Positions 46,543 to 58,174 are shown, numbered from the stretch's first letter. The stretch: DNA of 64,000 bases from Pseudomonadota bacterium (GCA_021849615.1 JAJZSQ010000002.1:7673-71672), one strand, 5' to 3'. The notes: generated by a model not told the origin, from the sequence alone. Program-made: numbers and translations.

Positions 46543-47838
46543 TCAGCCGCCGCGTTCGCGCGCCACGGCGCGGTAGCCGATGTCCCGCCGGTACTGCATT
46601 CCGGGCCAGTGGATGGCAGCGGCGATGTCGTACGCGTTCGTCTGCGCGGCCGACACGGACTCCCCGAGCCCTACCGCACATAAGACGCGGCCGCCATCGG
46701 TGAGCACGTGACCGTCCTCGAGCCGGGTGCCGGCATGGAAGACCTTGCCGCGGCCGGCGGCGAGCTGGGCCGCGCGCTCGAGCCCTTCGATCCGGTTGCC
46801 CTTGCGCACCGCCTCGGGGTACCCCTCGGCCGCCAATACCACGCCGAGCGCGGCGCGCGGATCCCATTCGGCCTGCACGGTATCGAGACGGCCGGCGAGC
46901 GCCGCTTCGCACAGAACCGTGAGGTCCGAGCGCAGGCGGCTCAGGATGGGTTGAGTTTCCGGGTCGCCGAAGCGGCAGTTGAACTCCAGCACGTTCGGCG
47001 TGCCGTCCTCGGCGATCATCAAGCCCGCATAGAGAAAACCGGTGTACGGCGTGCCGTCGGCACGCAGTCCGGCGATCGACGGCTCGATCACTTCGCGCAT
47101 GATGCGCTCGTGAAGTCCTGCCGTGACTCTGGGCGCAGGGGAGTACGCGCCCATGCCGCCGGTGTTCGGGCCGCGGTCAGCGTCGTCACGACGCTTGTGG
47201 TCCTGCGAGGTGGCGAGTGGCAGGATGTGCCGGCCGTCGGCCATGACGATGAAGCTGACTTCCTCGCCGCGCAGGAATTCCTCTACGACCACCTCCTCGC
47301 CGGAACTGCCGAAGCGGCCGGCGAACATCGCGCCGATCGCCTCGCGGGCCTCCGCGAGCGTCTCGGCGATGATGACGCCCTTGCCGGCAGCCAGCCCGCT
47401 CGCCTTGACCACGACCGGCAGGGTCTGTTGCTCGAGCCAGCTCGGGTCGTAGTTCTCGCGGGTGAAGGTGCGCGAGCGGGCGGTTGGAATGCCATGGCGC
47501 GCCAGGAAGTCTTTGGTGAATGCTTTGGAGCCCTCCAGGCGCGCCGCCATCCCGGTCGGGCCGAAACACGGCAGACCAGCCGCCTGGAACGCATCGACGA
47601 GGCCCGCCACCAGCGGGCCTTCAGGTCCGACGATGGTGAGGTCGACGCCTTCGGATCGTGCCATCGCCACCAGCGCGGGGATGTTCTCGGCCGCCACGGG
47701 GACGTTGCGGCACTTCGGCTCGAGCGCGGTGCCGGCGTTGCCGGGCGCGACTAGCACTTCCTCGACACGCGCAGACGCTGCACATTTCCAGGCGAGCGCA
47801 TGTTCGCGTCCGCCGGCGCCGATGATCAGGATCTTCAT
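46543..47838 (-). CDS. purD: Phosphoribosylamine-glycine ligase
   Basis: [18 protein letters not shown]... and an ATP-grasp core; purH-purD order. Confidence 0.96.
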   Translation of the reverse strand: MKILIIGAGGREHALAWKCAASARVEEVLVAPGNAGTALEPKCRNVPVAAENIPALVAMARSEGVDLTIVGPEGPLVAGLVDAFQAAGLPCFGPTGMAARLEGSKAFTKDFLARHGIPTARSRTFTRENYDPSWLEQQTLPVVVKASGLAAGKGVIIAETLAEAREAIGAMFAGRFGSSGEEVVVEEFLRGEEVSFIVMADGRHILPLATSQDHKRRDDADRGPNTGGMGAYSPAPRVTAGLHERIMREVIEPSIAGLRADGTPYTGFLYAGLMIAEDGTPNVLEFNCRFGDPETQPILSRLRSDLTVLCEAALAGRLDTVQAEWDPRAALGVVLAAEGYPEAVRKGNRIEGLERAAQLAAGRGKVFHAGTRLEDGHVLTDGGRVLCAVGLGESVSAAQTNAYDIAAAIHWPGMQYRRDIGYRAVARERGG

Positions 47839-47845
47839 GGGGGAC

Positions 47846-49414
47846 TCAGTGCCGGAAATGGCGCATGCCGGTGAATACCATCGCCATGCCGTGTTCGTCC
47901 GCCGCGGCGATCACCTCCGGATCGTTGCGCGAGCCGCCCGGCTGAATCACGGCCTTGATGCCGTACTCGGCGGCCACGTCGAGCCCGTCGCGGAACGGGA
48001 AGAACGCATCCGAAGCCATCGCCGCGCCCTCGACCTTCAGGTGCTCGTCGGCGGCCTTCATTGCCGCGATGCGGCTGGAGTACACCCGGCTCATCTGGCC
48101 GGCGCCGACGCCGATGGTGCAGCGTCCGTGCGCATACACGATGGCGTTGGATTTGACGAACTTCGCGACCCGCCAGGCGAACAACAGATCGGTCAGCTCC
48201 GCAGGTGTCGGCTGGCGGCGCGTGACCACCTTCAGATCGGCCTCGGCCACGTGGCCGCTGTCGCGGCTTTGCACCAGCAGGCCGCCGGAGACGCTGTGGT
48301 ACTCCAGGCCGTTACCGGTGTTCGCGCGCATCTCACCGAGCTCGATGACGCGCACATTGGGCTTGGCGGCGAGCGCGGCCGCGGCGTCGGCCGAGACCGC
48401 CGGGGCGGCGATCACTTCCACGAACTGGCGCCCGATGATGGCGGCCGCAGTGGTGGCATCGAGCGGCCGGTTGAAAGCAATGATGCCGCCGAAGGCCGAC
48501 GTCGGGTCGGTGCGGTAAGCGTGCTCGTACGCCTCGAGCAGGCCGGCGCCGAGCGCCACGCCGCACGGGTTCGCATGCTTGACGATCACGCACGCCGGCT
48601 CGTCGAACTGCCGCACGCACTCCACGGCGGTGTCGGCGTCGGCGATGTTGTTGAAGGAGAGTTCTTTGCCTTGCAGCAGGCGGGCCTGAGCGAGCCCGGT
48701 GCCGCCGAGCGCGTCCCGGTACAACGCGGCATACTGATGCGGGTTTTCTCCGTAGCGCAGGTCGCTGACCTTGTCGAATACGAGCGGCAGATACGCCGGC
48801 AGCGCGTGCGCGCCGGAATGCTGCCGAGTCAGGTATGCGGCCACCATCGCGTCGTAGCGCGCTGTATGCGCGAAGACCTTGGTCGCGAGTTGCGCGCGCG
48901 TCGGCCCGCTGACCCCGCCGTGCGCATCGAGTTCAGCCAGGATCCGCGCGTAATCGGCCGGATCGACCGCTGCGGTGACCGCGTCGTGATTCTTCGCCGC
49001 GGCACGCAACATGGTCGGGCCGCCGATGTCGATGTTCTCGATCGCCTCATCGTAGCTGCAGTTGGGGCGGGCGACCGTCTCGGCGAACGGATAGAGGTTC
49101 ACCGCCAGCAGGTCGATCGGCTCGATGTCGTGCAGCGCCATGACGCGCTCATCGGTGCCGCGCCGACCCAGCAGTCCGCCATGGATCTTCGGATGCAGGG
49201 TCTTGACGCGCCCGTCCATGATCTCCGGGAAGCCAGTGTGGTCCGACACTTCGCGCACCGTGAGACCGTGAGCGGCGAGCAGTTTCGCCGTGCCGCCGGT
49301 CGAGAGAATCTCCACCCCGTGGCGCGCGAGGCCCTGCGCGAAGTCCACCAGGGCGGTCTTATCGGAAACGGAAAGCAGTGCCCGCCGCACGGGCCGCACG
49401 GTTTGATTCATCAC
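47846..49414 (-). CDS. purH: Bifunctional AICAR transformylase / IMP cyclohydrolase
   Basis: [11 protein letters not shown]..., GGTAKLL, and C-terminal ...FTGMRHFRH. Confidence 0.96.
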   Translation of the reverse strand: MMNQTVRPVRRALLSVSDKTALVDFAQGLARHGVEILSTGGTAKLLAAHGLTVREVSDHTGFPEIMDGRVKTLHPKIHGGLLGRRGTDERVMALHDIEPIDLLAVNLYPFAETVARPNCSYDEAIENIDIGGPTMLRAAAKNHDAVTAAVDPADYARILAELDAHGGVSGPTRAQLATKVFAHTARYDAMVAAYLTRQHSGAHALPAYLPLVFDKVSDLRYGENPHQYAALYRDALGGTGLAQARLLQGKELSFNNIADADTAVECVRQFDEPACVIVKHANPCGVALGAGLLEAYEHAYRTDPTSAFGGIIAFNRPLDATTAAAIIGRQFVEVIAAPAVSADAAAALAAKPNVRVIELGEMRANTGNGLEYHSVSGGLLVQSRDSGHVAEADLKVVTRRQPTPAELTDLLFAWRVAKFVKSNAIVYAHGRCTIGVGAGQMSRVYSSRIAAMKAADEHLKVEGAAMASDAFFPFRDGLDVAAEYGIKAVIQPGGSRNDPEVIAAADEHGMAMVFTGMRHFRH

Positions 49415-49420
49415 AACTCG

Positions 49421-49711
49421 TCAGTTAGTCAGGCCGAACTGCTTGAGCTTCTTACGCAGCGTACCGCGGTTGATGCCGAGGATGTCCGCCGCGCGACTCT
49501 GGTTGCCCGCGACATAATCGAGCACGACGCGAAACAGCGGCTCCTCGACTTCGCGCAGCACCAGGTTGTACAGGCCCGCCGGATGCGAGCCGTTGAGGTT
49601 CGTGAAATAGTCGCTGAGCGCCCGCTCTGCGTGACTGCGCAGCGGCAACTCCCCGGCCGTGACGCGGATGCCCCCATCGCGCCACTGAGCGATTTTCTTT
49701 TTTGCTGTCAT
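49421..49711 (-). CDS. fis: DNA-binding protein Fis
   Basis: C-terminal HTH GNQSRAADILGINRGTLRKKLKQFGL closely matches E. coli Fis. ATG at the complement of 49709-49711. dusB-fis operon order. Confidence 0.92.
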   Translation of the reverse strand: MTAKKKIAQWRDGGIRVTAGELPLRSHAERALSDYFTNLNGSHPAGLYNLVLREVEEPLFRVVLDYVAGNQSRAADILGINRGTLRKKLKQFGLTN

Positions 49712-49739
49712 GTGAATTTCCCACGTTTTTGATGGCGCT

Positions 49740-50729
49740 TCAGGCCGCACGTGCCTGATCTGCAGCCCACGCGTCGAAATGCCGACGCACGCGCGCGAAC
49801 TGTTCGCGCACGTCCTGCGCCGCCATCAAATCGAGACGAATCGGCTCCGGATCGGAAAAACATCGTTCGCAATACCAGCCAATGTGTTTGCGAGCGATGC
49901 GCACGCCTGTCTCCTCGCCGTAAAAGCCGTACAGGGATTCGAGGTGAGCGAGGATGATATCACGCACCTCGGTGCGCGCGGGCGGTGCGGCGGGCCGCGC
50001 CGCGAGGAAATTCTCGACGGCGCGAAAGATCCACGGCTCGCCGAACGCGGCGCGTCCGATCATGACGCCATCGGCCCCAGTGAAATCAAGCACTTTGCGT
50101 GCATCGGCGGGTGAGCGGATGTCGCCGTTGGCAAAGATCGGGATGCGCACCGTGGATTTGATGGCGCGGATCGTTTCGTATTCCGCCGCACCCTGGTAGA
50201 AGTCCGCTCGCGTACGGCCGTGGACTGCGAGCGCCTGGATGCCGCAGCGCTCGGCGAGTTGCGCAATGGCGACGCCGTTGCGGTGCTCGGGATCCCAACC
50301 TGTGCGGATTTTCAGCGTCACCGGCACGTCCACCGCGGCGACCACCGCCGCGAGGATCTCGGCCACCAGCGTCTCATCGCGCAGCAGCGCCGAGCCGCAC
50401 GCCTTGCCGCACACCTTTTTCGCCGGGCAGCCCATGTTCAGGTCGATGATCTGCGCGCCGCGCTCGACGCTGAGGCGGGCGGCCTGGGCCAGCACCTGCG
50501 GCTCGGCACCGGCGAGCTGCACGACGCGCGGCTCCGGCTCGCCGCTGTGATCGAGGCGACGGCGCGACTTCGGCGTGTGCCACAGGCGTGCATCGGAGGT
50601 GAGCATCTCGGAGGCGGCGAGCCCCGCGCCGAGGCGGCGAGCGAGCATGCGGAACGGGCGGTCGGTCACGCCCGCCATGGGGGCGAGCACCGCGCGCGAG
50701 GGCAGTGTGTACGGGCCGATGCGCAGCAT
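49740..50729 (-). CDS. dusB: tRNA-dihydrouridine synthase B
   Basis: MLRIGPYTLPSRAVLAPMAGVTDRPFR...DLNMGCPAKKV. Start overlaps the upstream stop (TGATG). Confidence 0.92.
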   Translation of the reverse strand: MLRIGPYTLPSRAVLAPMAGVTDRPFRMLARRLGAGLAASEMLTSDARLWHTPKSRRRLDHSGEPEPRVVQLAGAEPQVLAQAARLSVERGAQIIDLNMGCPAKKVCGKACGSALLRDETLVAEILAAVVAAVDVPVTLKIRTGWDPEHRNGVAIAQLAERCGIQALAVHGRTRADFYQGAAEYETIRAIKSTVRIPIFANGDIRSPADARKVLDFTGADGVMIGRAAFGEPWIFRAVENFLAARPAAPPARTEVRDIILAHLESLYGFYGEETGVRIARKHIGWYCERCFSDPEPIRLDLMAAQDVREQFARVRRHFDAWAADQARAA

Positions 50730-51790
50730 CAGTGCGCTCCGTGGGCGCACACGACGCGGTTGCCCTCGCGCAGACACGCGTCGATCTCGAACCCGACGGC
50801 CTGTGAGCCGGGATTGACGAAGGCGACGGTGGCGTCGATGCGCTCACCGGAGGTCAGCATCGAGGCACCGCTCGAGCCGCGCGTGAGGTAATCGCTCGGC
50901 CGTACATCGCGTGCGGCAATGGTGCGCCCGTAGCGGTCCTGCAGTGTCACGCGCAGCAGCGGCAGAGGCAGAGGCCAGGGGCCGTCGTTGGCGACGCTGG
51001 CCCGGACGGTAATCTGATGGGGGTCGCTGCCGCTGACCGTCGCGCCGAGCTGGCGCGCCTGGTAGGCATGCACGTTCCACCGCGGTACGACCGGAATGCC
51101 GAGCACGCCGTAGACAGCCAGGAGCTTCGCGCCGACGGACGGCATCGTGGCGAGGATGCCGCGGTAGTGGTTCACCGCCTGGCCGGCCAGGACGAGCAGC
51201 AGGACCAGCGCGCCGGCGAACCACGCGCCGGTGTGTCGCTGCGGTGTCTCGAGCTGAAATTCGTGCGGCGGCTCCTCGGCCAGGGAGGGCTCGCTCGCAG
51301 CCGCTTCGTGTGGGCCCTCGGCGGTGAGGGGCTCATCGAGGGTCGCGATCGGCGGTTGCGGCATCTGCAGGACGTCGCCCTCGTCTCCGTGCTGCGGTGC
51401 CGGCAGGACCGCGTCCTCGTTCTCATCCTCTTCCTCGCGCTGCGTTGCCGGCGGTGCCTGTGCTTCGGCTGCGGGGGGCTGAGAGGGCGCCTCGACGGCC
51501 GGTTCCGGCGTCCATTGCGGCTCGCGCTCCGGCTCGATCCACTCGAACTCGCTGGACGGCCCGCTCAGCACCGCCTCCGTGGCGGCCGGCTCCGGCTCGG
51601 GCTCCGGCGGTGGCGCAGCGGTGGCCGATCGGTCGGCCGCCGCACCGTCGGTAGGAGGGGGTTCGGCGAGCGACTCGAGCGCATTGAAGACGCTGCGGCA
51701 GCGCCCGCAGCGGACATGACCCTGCGCGGCGCGCAGATCCGCCGCCGTCACGACCAGCATCAGGCCACATTTGGGACAGACGGTGAACAT
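50729..51790 (-). CDS. Zinc-ribbon (MJ0042-type) + DUF3426 membrane protein
   Basis: MFTVCPKCGLMLVV...VRCGRCRSVFNA zinc ribbon, a Pro/Glu-rich linker, one TM segment and a C-terminal beta-rich domain. Conserved prmA-X-dusB position as in Pseudomonas. Confidence 0.8.
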   Translation of the reverse strand: MFTVCPKCGLMLVVTAADLRAAQGHVRCGRCRSVFNALESLAEPPPTDGAAADRSATAAPPPEPEPEPAATEAVLSGPSSEFEWIEPEREPQWTPEPAVEAPSQPPAAEAQAPPATQREEEDENEDAVLPAPQHGDEGDVLQMPQPPIATLDEPLTAEGPHEAAASEPSLAEEPPHEFQLETPQRHTGAWFAGALVLLLVLAGQAVNHYRGILATMPSVGAKLLAVYGVLGIPVVPRWNVHAYQARQLGATVSGSDPHQITVRASVANDGPWPLPLPLLRVTLQDRYGRTIAARDVRPSDYLTRGSSGASMLTSGERIDATVAFVNPGSQAVGFEIDACLREGNRVVCAHGAH

Positions 51791-52684
51791 TCAGATCGGT
51801 TCCTCGGCGCAGCGCCGTCCCGACAAGGCAACCCAGCCCTCGCGGGTCGCAAACGGCTTCAGCGCGAACCACGGGGCGTATGCGGCGATGACCTCATCGG
51901 CATCAGGCTCGAGCAGCCCGGCGAGCAGCACCGCTCCGCCGGTCGCGACCAGCGCTGCGAACCGCGGCGCCAGCGCCACCAGAGGAGCGCACAGGATGTT
52001 CGCCATCAGCAGCGCCACCGGCGGCTCGAGCGCTTCGGCGGCGGCGCACGGGCGGATCTGGCGCTCCAGGCCGTTGGCCGCGGCATTCTCGTGCGTGGCG
52101 AGCAGGGCCTGCGGATCGATGTCGAAGCACTGCACGCGCCGCGCCCCGAGTCGGGCCGCAGCGAGTGCGAGCACGCCGGATCCGCAGCCGTAATCAATGA
52201 CCTCGCCCTCGCTGGGCGGATGAGCGTCAAGCCACTCCAGGCACAGCGCCGTGGTCGGGTGCGTGCCGGTGCCGAAGGCAAGACCCGGATCGAGCCGCAC
52301 CACCGCGGCGTCGGGATCCTCGACCTGCTCGTGCTGCGGGCAGATCCACAGACGCCGTCCGAAGCGCATGGCATGGAAGTCGCGCAGCCACTCGCGCTCC
52401 CAGACCCGGTCGGCGAGCCGCCGCGCCGTGAGGCGCTCGGGCGCGACCCCGAGGGCGGCGCTCAAGCGGGCGATCAGTGCCTCCTGCGGCGCATCGGGCG
52501 CGAACAGCGCCTCCAGGCGCGTCGCCGGCCAGAGCCGAAACTCCCCGGGGGCCGGCTCGAGCACCGGTTCGTCACGTGCGTCGGCGAACGTGATCGCGCT
52601 CGCGCCGCACTCGAAGCAGGCCGCCTCCGCCCCGTCCGCCGGGAGCTCGCCGAGATCGAAGCTGATCTGCAGAAACTCGCTCAT
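51791..52684 (-). CDS. prmA: Ribosomal protein L11 methyltransferase
   Basis: SAM motif VIDYGCGSGVLALAA and GTGTHPTT. Confidence 0.92.
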   Translation of the reverse strand: MSEFLQISFDLGELPADGAEAACFECGASAITFADARDEPVLEPAPGEFRLWPATRLEALFAPDAPQEALIARLSAALGVAPERLTARRLADRVWEREWLRDFHAMRFGRRLWICPQHEQVEDPDAAVVRLDPGLAFGTGTHPTTALCLEWLDAHPPSEGEVIDYGCGSGVLALAAARLGARRVQCFDIDPQALLATHENAAANGLERQIRPCAAAEALEPPVALLMANILCAPLVALAPRFAALVATGGAVLLAGLLEPDADEVIAAYAPWFALKPFATREGWVALSGRRCAEEPI

Positions 52685-52743
52685 GGCTCACCGTGCAGAG
52701 GCGCCGCGGCGCGCCGGTCAGGCTTCGCCCCGGCGCTCCGCGG

Positions 52744-54087
52744 TCACTTCAGACCCAGCCGACGCTCCAGGTAATGGATGTCCGTGCCGCCCTTCTGGAA
52801 GGCGGCATGATTGCAGATCTCCTGGTGCAGCGGAACGTTGGTCTTGATGCCCTCGATCACCATCTCGGCGAGCGCATTGCGCATGCGCGCGATGGCCACC
52901 TCGCGCGACTCGCCGTGTGTGATCAGCTTACCGATCAGCGAGTCGTAGTAGGGCGGCACGTTGTAGCCGGAGTAGACGTGGCTGTCGACCCGCACGCCGG
53001 GGCCGCCTGGGGCGTGCCACAGCCGCACGGGCCCGGGCGAGGGCATGAAGTTCTTCGGGTCCTCGGCGTTGATGCGGCACTCGATCGCATGGCCGCGGAT
53101 CTGGATGTCGTTCTGCACGTACGGCAGCTTCTCGCCGGTGGCGATCAGCAGCTGCGCCTTCACCAGATCGATGCCGGTAATCAGCTCAGTCACCGGATGT
53201 TCAACCTGGATGCGGGTGTTCATCTCGATGAAGTAGAACTCCCCGTCCTGGTAGAGGAACTCCAGCGTCCCGGCGCTGCGGTAACCGACCGCGACGCACG
53301 CCTCGACGCAGCGCTCGCCCATGGTGCGCCGCTGCTTCGGGGTGATTCCGGGGGCGGGGGCCTCCTCGAGTACCTTCTGGTGGCGCCGCTGCATCGAGCA
53401 GTCGCGCTCGCCCAGGTGCACGACGTTGCCGTGATGGTCGGCGAGGACCTGGAATTCGATGTGCCGCGGCCGCTCCAGGAATTTCTCCATGTACACCTGG
53501 TCGTTGCCGAAGGCCGCCTGCGCCTCACTGCGCGTCACGCCGATGGAGTTCAGCAGCGAGGCATCGCTGTGCACCACGCGCATGCCGCGGCCGCCGCCGC
53601 CACCGGAGGCCTTGATGATCACCGGGTAGCCGATGTCCCGGGCGATACGGAAGTTCTCATCCGGATCATCGCCGAGCGGTCCGTCCGATCCCGGCACGCA
53701 TGGCACGCCGTGCGCCTTCATCACGCGGATCGCGGAGACCTTGTCGCCCATGGTGCGGATCGTCTCGGCCTTCGGCCCGACGAACACGAAGCCGCTGTTC
53801 TCGACCCGTTCGGCAAAGTCGGCGTTCTCGGAGAGAAAGCCGTAGCCGGGGTGGATGGCCACCGCGTCGGTGACCTCCGCGGCGCTGATGATGGCCGGCA
53901 TGTTCAGGTAGCTCGCCGTCGAGGGCGGCGGGCCGATGCACACCGACTCGTCGGCGAGCAGAACATGCTTCAGGCTGTAATCGGCGGTGGAGTGCACCGC
54001 CACGGTTTTGATGCCCAGCTCGCGGCACGCCCTGAGGATGCGCAGGGCGATTTCACCGCGATTGGCGATGAGAACCTTTTCCAGCAT
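52744..54087 (-). CDS. accC: Acetyl-CoA carboxylase biotin carboxylase subunit
   Basis: [26 protein letters not shown]..., ATP-grasp; 447 aa. Confidence 0.97.
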   Translation of the reverse strand: MLEKVLIANRGEIALRILRACRELGIKTVAVHSTADYSLKHVLLADESVCIGPPPSTASYLNMPAIISAAEVTDAVAIHPGYGFLSENADFAERVENSGFVFVGPKAETIRTMGDKVSAIRVMKAHGVPCVPGSDGPLGDDPDENFRIARDIGYPVIIKASGGGGGRGMRVVHSDASLLNSIGVTRSEAQAAFGNDQVYMEKFLERPRHIEFQVLADHHGNVVHLGERDCSMQRRHQKVLEEAPAPGITPKQRRTMGERCVEACVAVGYRSAGTLEFLYQDGEFYFIEMNTRIQVEHPVTELITGIDLVKAQLLIATGEKLPYVQNDIQIRGHAIECRINAEDPKNFMPSPGPVRLWHAPGGPGVRVDSHVYSGYNVPPYYDSLIGKLITHGESREVAIARMRNALAEMVIEGIKTNVPLHQEICNHAAFQKGGTDIHYLERRLGLK

Positions 54088-54099
54088 GGCGGCGCGCGC

Positions 54100-54564
54100 T
54101 TATTCGATGACGAACAGCGGCTGGCCGTACTCGACCGGGTCGCCGTTGCGCGCCATGATCGAGGTGATCCGTCCGGCCCGGTCCGCTTCGATCTGATTCA
54201 TCATCTTCATCGCCTCGATGATGCACAGCACCTGGCCGACCTTGACCTCATCGCCGATCTCCACGAACGACTTCGCGCCCGGCGTCGGGGCGGCATAGAA
54301 CGTGCCGACCATCGGCGCGGTGACCACGTGCTCGTTGGAGCGCGCCTTGGCCGCTTCGGCGGCCGGCGCCACGGCGGCCGGGGCTTCGGCTGGCAGCGCC
54401 GCGGCCATCTGGGGCAGGGCGAACTGCGGCATGGCATGCACCAGCGCGTTGCCGGTGGGCATGCGGCTGATGCGCACCGCCTCTTCGCCTTCCTTGATCT
54501 CGATTTCAGCGATGCCGGACTCCTCCAGCAGTTCGATCAATTTTTTGATTTTGCGGATATCCAT
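54100..54564 (-). CDS. accB: Biotin carboxyl carrier protein
   Basis: MDIRKIKKLIELLEESGIAEIEI and biotinyl-Lys motif IEAMKMMNQIE. ATG at the complement of 54562-54564. Confidence 0.95.
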   Translation of the reverse strand: MDIRKIKKLIELLEESGIAEIEIKEGEEAVRISRMPTGNALVHAMPQFALPQMAAALPAEAPAAVAPAAEAAKARSNEHVVTAPMVGTFYAAPTPGAKSFVEIGDEVKVGQVLCIIEAMKMMNQIEADRAGRITSIMARNGDPVEYGQPLFVIE

Positions 54565-54616
54565 GTGGGAAATCCCCCTCACGTCATGGGACGGTATGCA
54601 ATGGAACGACTCGGGG

Positions 54617-55072
54617 TCACCCGGCGTGCGGTGCCCGGGCGAGATGCTGTGCGGCAGCGCGCACGGCCAACTCATAACCCAGGGCGCCGAAGCCCGAGAT
54701 CACCCCGAGGGCGATGTCCGAGAAGTACGACCGGTGCCGGAACGGCTCACGCGCGTGCGGATTGGACAGGTGCACCTCGATCAGCGGCAGGTGAACAGCC
54801 AGGACCGCGTCGCGCAGCGCGACGCTCGTGTGGGTGAAGGCGCCGGGGTTGAAGATGATGCACCCCACGCCTTCGGCGCCGGCCCGGTGAATCCGCTCAA
54901 GCAGCAGATGCTCGGCGTTGCTCTGAAAGCATTCGAGCGTGCAGCCGGCCTCGCGCGCACACTCGGCCGCGCGCCGCTCGACGGTCTCGAGCGTGTCCGC
55001 CCCGTAGATGTGCGGTTCCCGCTGTCCGAGCAGGTTCAGGTTCGGGCCGTTCAGGAGCAGCAGGCGTGTCAT
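54617..55072 (-). CDS. aroQ: Type II 3-dehydroquinate dehydratase
   Basis: [21 protein letters not shown]...[15 protein letters not shown]...HLSN. ATG at the complement of 55070-55072. Confidence 0.93.
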   Translation of the reverse strand: MTRLLLLNGPNLNLLGQREPHIYGADTLETVERRAAECAREAGCTLECFQSNAEHLLLERIHRAGAEGVGCIIFNPGAFTHTSVALRDAVLAVHLPLIEVHLSNPHAREPFRHRSYFSDIALGVISGFGALGYELAVRAAAQHLARAPHAG

Positions 55073-55180
55073 GCGGAATATCGGCAGGCCTTGGCGCACA
55101 GAGCGCAGGCAATTTACCCTAATTCAGGGCGAAATGGGCGGATTTTGTAGCGATCGGACGGGATCAGGCCGAAATCGCGC

Positions 55181-55879
55181 TCAACCCTGAGTGTGTCTCG
55201 CGCGTCGTGCAGCCTGCTGCGCGATTTCCGCGGAGATTTGCCCGCGCGCGGCGGCCAGGCTGATCTGGCCGCGGTCCAGGGCCCCGATCCGCTCGAGGAT
55301 GACGTGCACCTCGGCGGCGTGCAGGCGTCCCACCTCGACCGTCACGATCCGACCGTGCGCATCGACGAACACGGAAAACGGAAAGGCCGCCACCATTCCG
55401 AGTGCGCGGATGGCGCGCATGCCGGGGCGTAGGCCGATGAGCAGAGGATAGCGGATTCCGGCCTGCCGCGCGTAGCGCAGGACCGCCGGGCGCGCATCGA
55501 CCGCCACGCCGATCACCTGCAGGCCCTGAGGTCGGGTTCGGCTCAGCTGCTCGAGCAGCGGTACCTCGGCACGGCAGGGCGAGCACCACGGCGCCCAGAA
55601 ATTCACCAGCAGCGGCCGGCCGCCCCAGTCGGCGAAGCGACGCAGCCGCCCGTGCCGGTCGCGGAAGGGAATCTCGGGCAGGGCGTCGGGCCGCTTGTGC
55701 CGCCCGCGGTGCGCGGCGGGCGCGGGAATCGCCGGAGACGTCCGTGCGGCCGGGGCTGGAACGAGCGGCGCGGCCGCCGGGGCCGGCCGCGCCGCGCGCA
55801 GCGCATACCCCGCCACGCCGGCGGCGAGGATCAGGGCCGTGGCGAGCGCGCCGCGCACCATCTTGCGGCCGCGGCTCAT
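55181..55879 (-). CDS. TlpA-like periplasmic thiol:disulfide oxidoreductase
   Basis: N-terminal anchor and thioredoxin fold with NFWAPWCSPC. ATG overlaps the dsbD stop. Confidence 0.8.
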   Translation of the reverse strand: MSRGRKMVRGALATALILAAGVAGYALRAARPAPAAAPLVPAPAARTSPAIPAPAAHRGRHKRPDALPEIPFRDRHGRLRRFADWGGRPLLVNFWAPWCSPCRAEVPLLEQLSRTRPQGLQVIGVAVDARPAVLRYARQAGIRYPLLIGLRPGMRAIRALGMVAAFPFSVFVDAHGRIVTVEVGRLHAAEVHVILERIGALDRGQISLAAARGQISAEIAQQAARRARHTQG

Positions 55880-57741
55880 GCGGGCGGGCGCCCCAGGGCG
55901 AGCTCGACGCGGCGCAGGAATGCGGCGGCATCGAGGTAACCAACCACCCGCTCATGGCGGCGCTCATGGCCGTTCGGGCCGTAGAAGGCGATGGTCGGTG
56001 GCCCGTAGATGCCGAAATGCTTCAGCAACGCCTGGTCGGCTGCGTTGTCGGCGGTGACGTCCGCGCGCAGCAGCAGAGTATGGGCGAGCGCGCGGCGGAC
56101 CTGCGGATTGGTGAACGTGCTGGCCTCCATCTCCTTGCAGGAGGTGCACCAGTCGGCATAGAAATCGACCATGACCGTCTGATGGCGCGCGGCCGCGGCC
56201 CGTACGTCGCGCTGCAGTTCGGCCACTGAGCCGAGGGGCGCGAAGCGCAGCGTCGGCGGTCCGCCGTGCGACAGCGGTGCGAACGGGTGGGTGCCGCCCA
56301 GCGCCGCGCCGGTGAGCAGCGTCGCGGCATACGCGCCGAGCAGTACACCAGCGGCGCGCAACGCGATGCGGCCGTGACGCGCGGCGTGCCGCTGGGACCA
56401 GAGCGCCCATGCGGCGGCCAGCACCGGCAGTGCCCACAGAGCGAGGGTCAGGCGGGCGGGCACGAGCCGCGCCAGCATCCACACCGCCACCGCCAGCATC
56501 ATGGCGCCGAACAGCCGCTTCACCAGGTCCATCCAGGCGCCGGCCTTCGGCAACAGGCGCCCGGCCGAGGCGCCGACGGCCAGCAGCGGGGTGCCCATGC
56601 CGATGCTGAGGGCGAACAGCGCCGTCCCGCCGCGGGCGATCTGGCCGGCCTGGCCGATCACGGCCAACGCCCCGACCAGTGCCGGCGCCACGCAGGTGGT
56701 GACGATCAGGGCCGAGAGGGCCCCCATGGCGGCGACCCCGCCGAGGCTGCCGGCGGTGCGCCGGCCGCTGAGCTCGGCGAAACGGGTCTGCACGGCGGCG
56801 GGCATCTGCACGGTGAACAGCCCGAGCATGGCGAGCCCCATCGTCCCGAGCAGCGCGGCGAACGCCCCGAGAATCCACGGCTGCTGGAATGCGGCCTGGA
56901 TTTCCCCGCCGGCCGCCGCGGCGGCCATTCCGGCGAGCGTGTAGGTGAAGGCCATGCCGAGCACGTAGGCGAGTGAGAGCAGGACCGAGCGGGCGGTGCC
57001 GACCGTGCGTCCCCCGGCGATCAGCGCCGAGAGGATCGGGATCATCGGCAGGCAACACGGCGTGAAGGCGAGCGCCAGGCCCGCCAGGTAGAACGCCCCG
57101 AGCATCGCGAACAGGTTGCCGGAGCGGATCAGCGCGGCGAAGCGGCTCTGGCTCGTCGGCTGCGCGCGGTGCGGCCGCGCACCGCTCGGCCTCGCCGCGG
57201 GCGCCGCCGCCGCGGCGAGGCCGGCCGGCAGGGCGACCGTGACCGTCTGGGTGATCGGCGGGTAGCACAGGCCCGCATCGGCGCAGCCCTGGTACGTGAC
57301 CGCGAGCGCCGCATCGCCCGGCGCGGCCACGGTGCCGCGCTGCACCGCCAGTTCACCCGTGACGGCCGTGCGGTAGATCTGTTCGCGACCGAAGAACGGA
57401 TCGATCTTCACGATCCCGGGCGGGAGGCTCAGCGCGCCGAGGGCCGTGCCGGAGAGCGCCCGCACATGGATGCGGCTGCGATACAGATAGAAGCCGGGTC
57501 GGATCGTCCAGGACAGGCGCAGCCGATGGGCCCCGGGCGCCGCCTTGAAATGAAACACCTCGCCGGGCGGAGGAAATGTGTTGCCGCCGGAGGCCTGCGC
57601 GCCGAGTGCCGCGAGCACCGCCGGCGACAGCGAAGGCGGGCTGCCGGCGCGCGCCAGGCCGGGCAGCGCGCTCAGCAGGAGCGCGGCGAGCGCACCCGCC
57701 GCGGCCCACGGGCGGTGCGCCGAGCGCGCCCCCGGGGTCAC
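55876..57741 (-). CDS. dsbD: Thiol:disulfide interchange protein DsbD
   Basis: Signal peptide, N-terminal Ig-like domain, multi-TM core (FTPCCLPMIP) and C-terminal thioredoxin domain (DFYADWCTSCKE). Confidence 0.88.
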   Translation of the reverse strand: MTPGARSAHRPWAAAGALAALLLSALPGLARAGSPPSLSPAVLAALGAQASGGNTFPPPGEVFHFKAAPGAHRLRLSWTIRPGFYLYRSRIHVRALSGTALGALSLPPGIVKIDPFFGREQIYRTAVTGELAVQRGTVAAPGDAALAVTYQGCADAGLCYPPITQTVTVALPAGLAAAAAPAARPSGARPHRAQPTSQSRFAALIRSGNLFAMLGAFYLAGLALAFTPCCLPMIPILSALIAGGRTVGTARSVLLSLAYVLGMAFTYTLAGMAAAAAGGEIQAAFQQPWILGAFAALLGTMGLAMLGLFTVQMPAAVQTRFAELSGRRTAGSLGGVAAMGALSALIVTTCVAPALVGALAVIGQAGQIARGGTALFALSIGMGTPLLAVGASAGRLLPKAGAWMDLVKRLFGAMMLAVAVWMLARLVPARLTLALWALPVLAAAWALWSQRHAARHGRIALRAAGVLLGAYAATLLTGAALGGTHPFAPLSHGGPPTLRFAPLGSVAELQRDVRAAAARHQTVMVDFYADWCTSCKEMEASTFTNPQVRRALAHTLLLRADVTADNAADQALLKHFGIYGPPTIAFYGPNGHERRHERVVGYLDAAAFLRRVELALGRPPA

Positions 57742-58055
57742 GGCGTCACCTCGGCCGCGAGCCAGGACAGGTAGGCGGCAGAGCCGGCCGCGATCGGCAG
57801 GGCGATGATTTCCGGCACCGTGTAAGGATGCAGCGATTTGAGGCGCATTTCGAGATCCGTGAAGCGGCTGGCCAGGGTTTTGATGACCAGCAGCACTTCC
57901 GGTTCATCCACCAGCCGGCCTTCCCAGCGGTACATCGAGCGGACCGGCTGGCGCGTCACGCACGCGGCCAGCCCCGCCTCGAGCAGCGCCCCGGCGATGC
58001 GGGCGGCGGCCGCCTCGTCGGGGCAGCTCGTCAGGACCACGATGCTGTCGGTCAT
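57738..58055 (-). CDS. cutA: Divalent-cation tolerance protein CutA
   Basis: 105 aa; ...AACVTRQPVRSMYRWEGRL...HPYTVPEIIALP. cutA-dsbD order as in E. coli. Confidence 0.9.
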   Translation of the reverse strand: MTDSIVVLTSCPDEAAAARIAGALLEAGLAACVTRQPVRSMYRWEGRLVDEPEVLLVIKTLASRFTDLEMRLKSLHPYTVPEIIALPIAAGSAAYLSWLAAEVTP

Positions 58056-58174
58056 CCAGTGTGCCGTGGCTGGAGTGGGAAAAGATTCATTCTAATCCGT
58101 TCATACCGGCCCGGCGTGAGGGGTATCCGCAGCCCCCCGGGCCGCCGGGCGGGAAAAATTTGACCCCGGCAGGG

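Noticed and set aside
47462-49732. 756-aa + strand ORF
   Set aside because: Antisense to purD/purH/fis.
52693-54837. 714-aa + strand ORF
   Set aside because: Antisense to accC/accB/aroQ.
55964-57268. 434-aa - strand ORF in an alternative frame of dsbD, and + strand ORFs 56266-56976 and 57169-57774
   Set aside because: Overlap the well-supported dsbD frame; Arg/Gly/Pro-rich junk composition.
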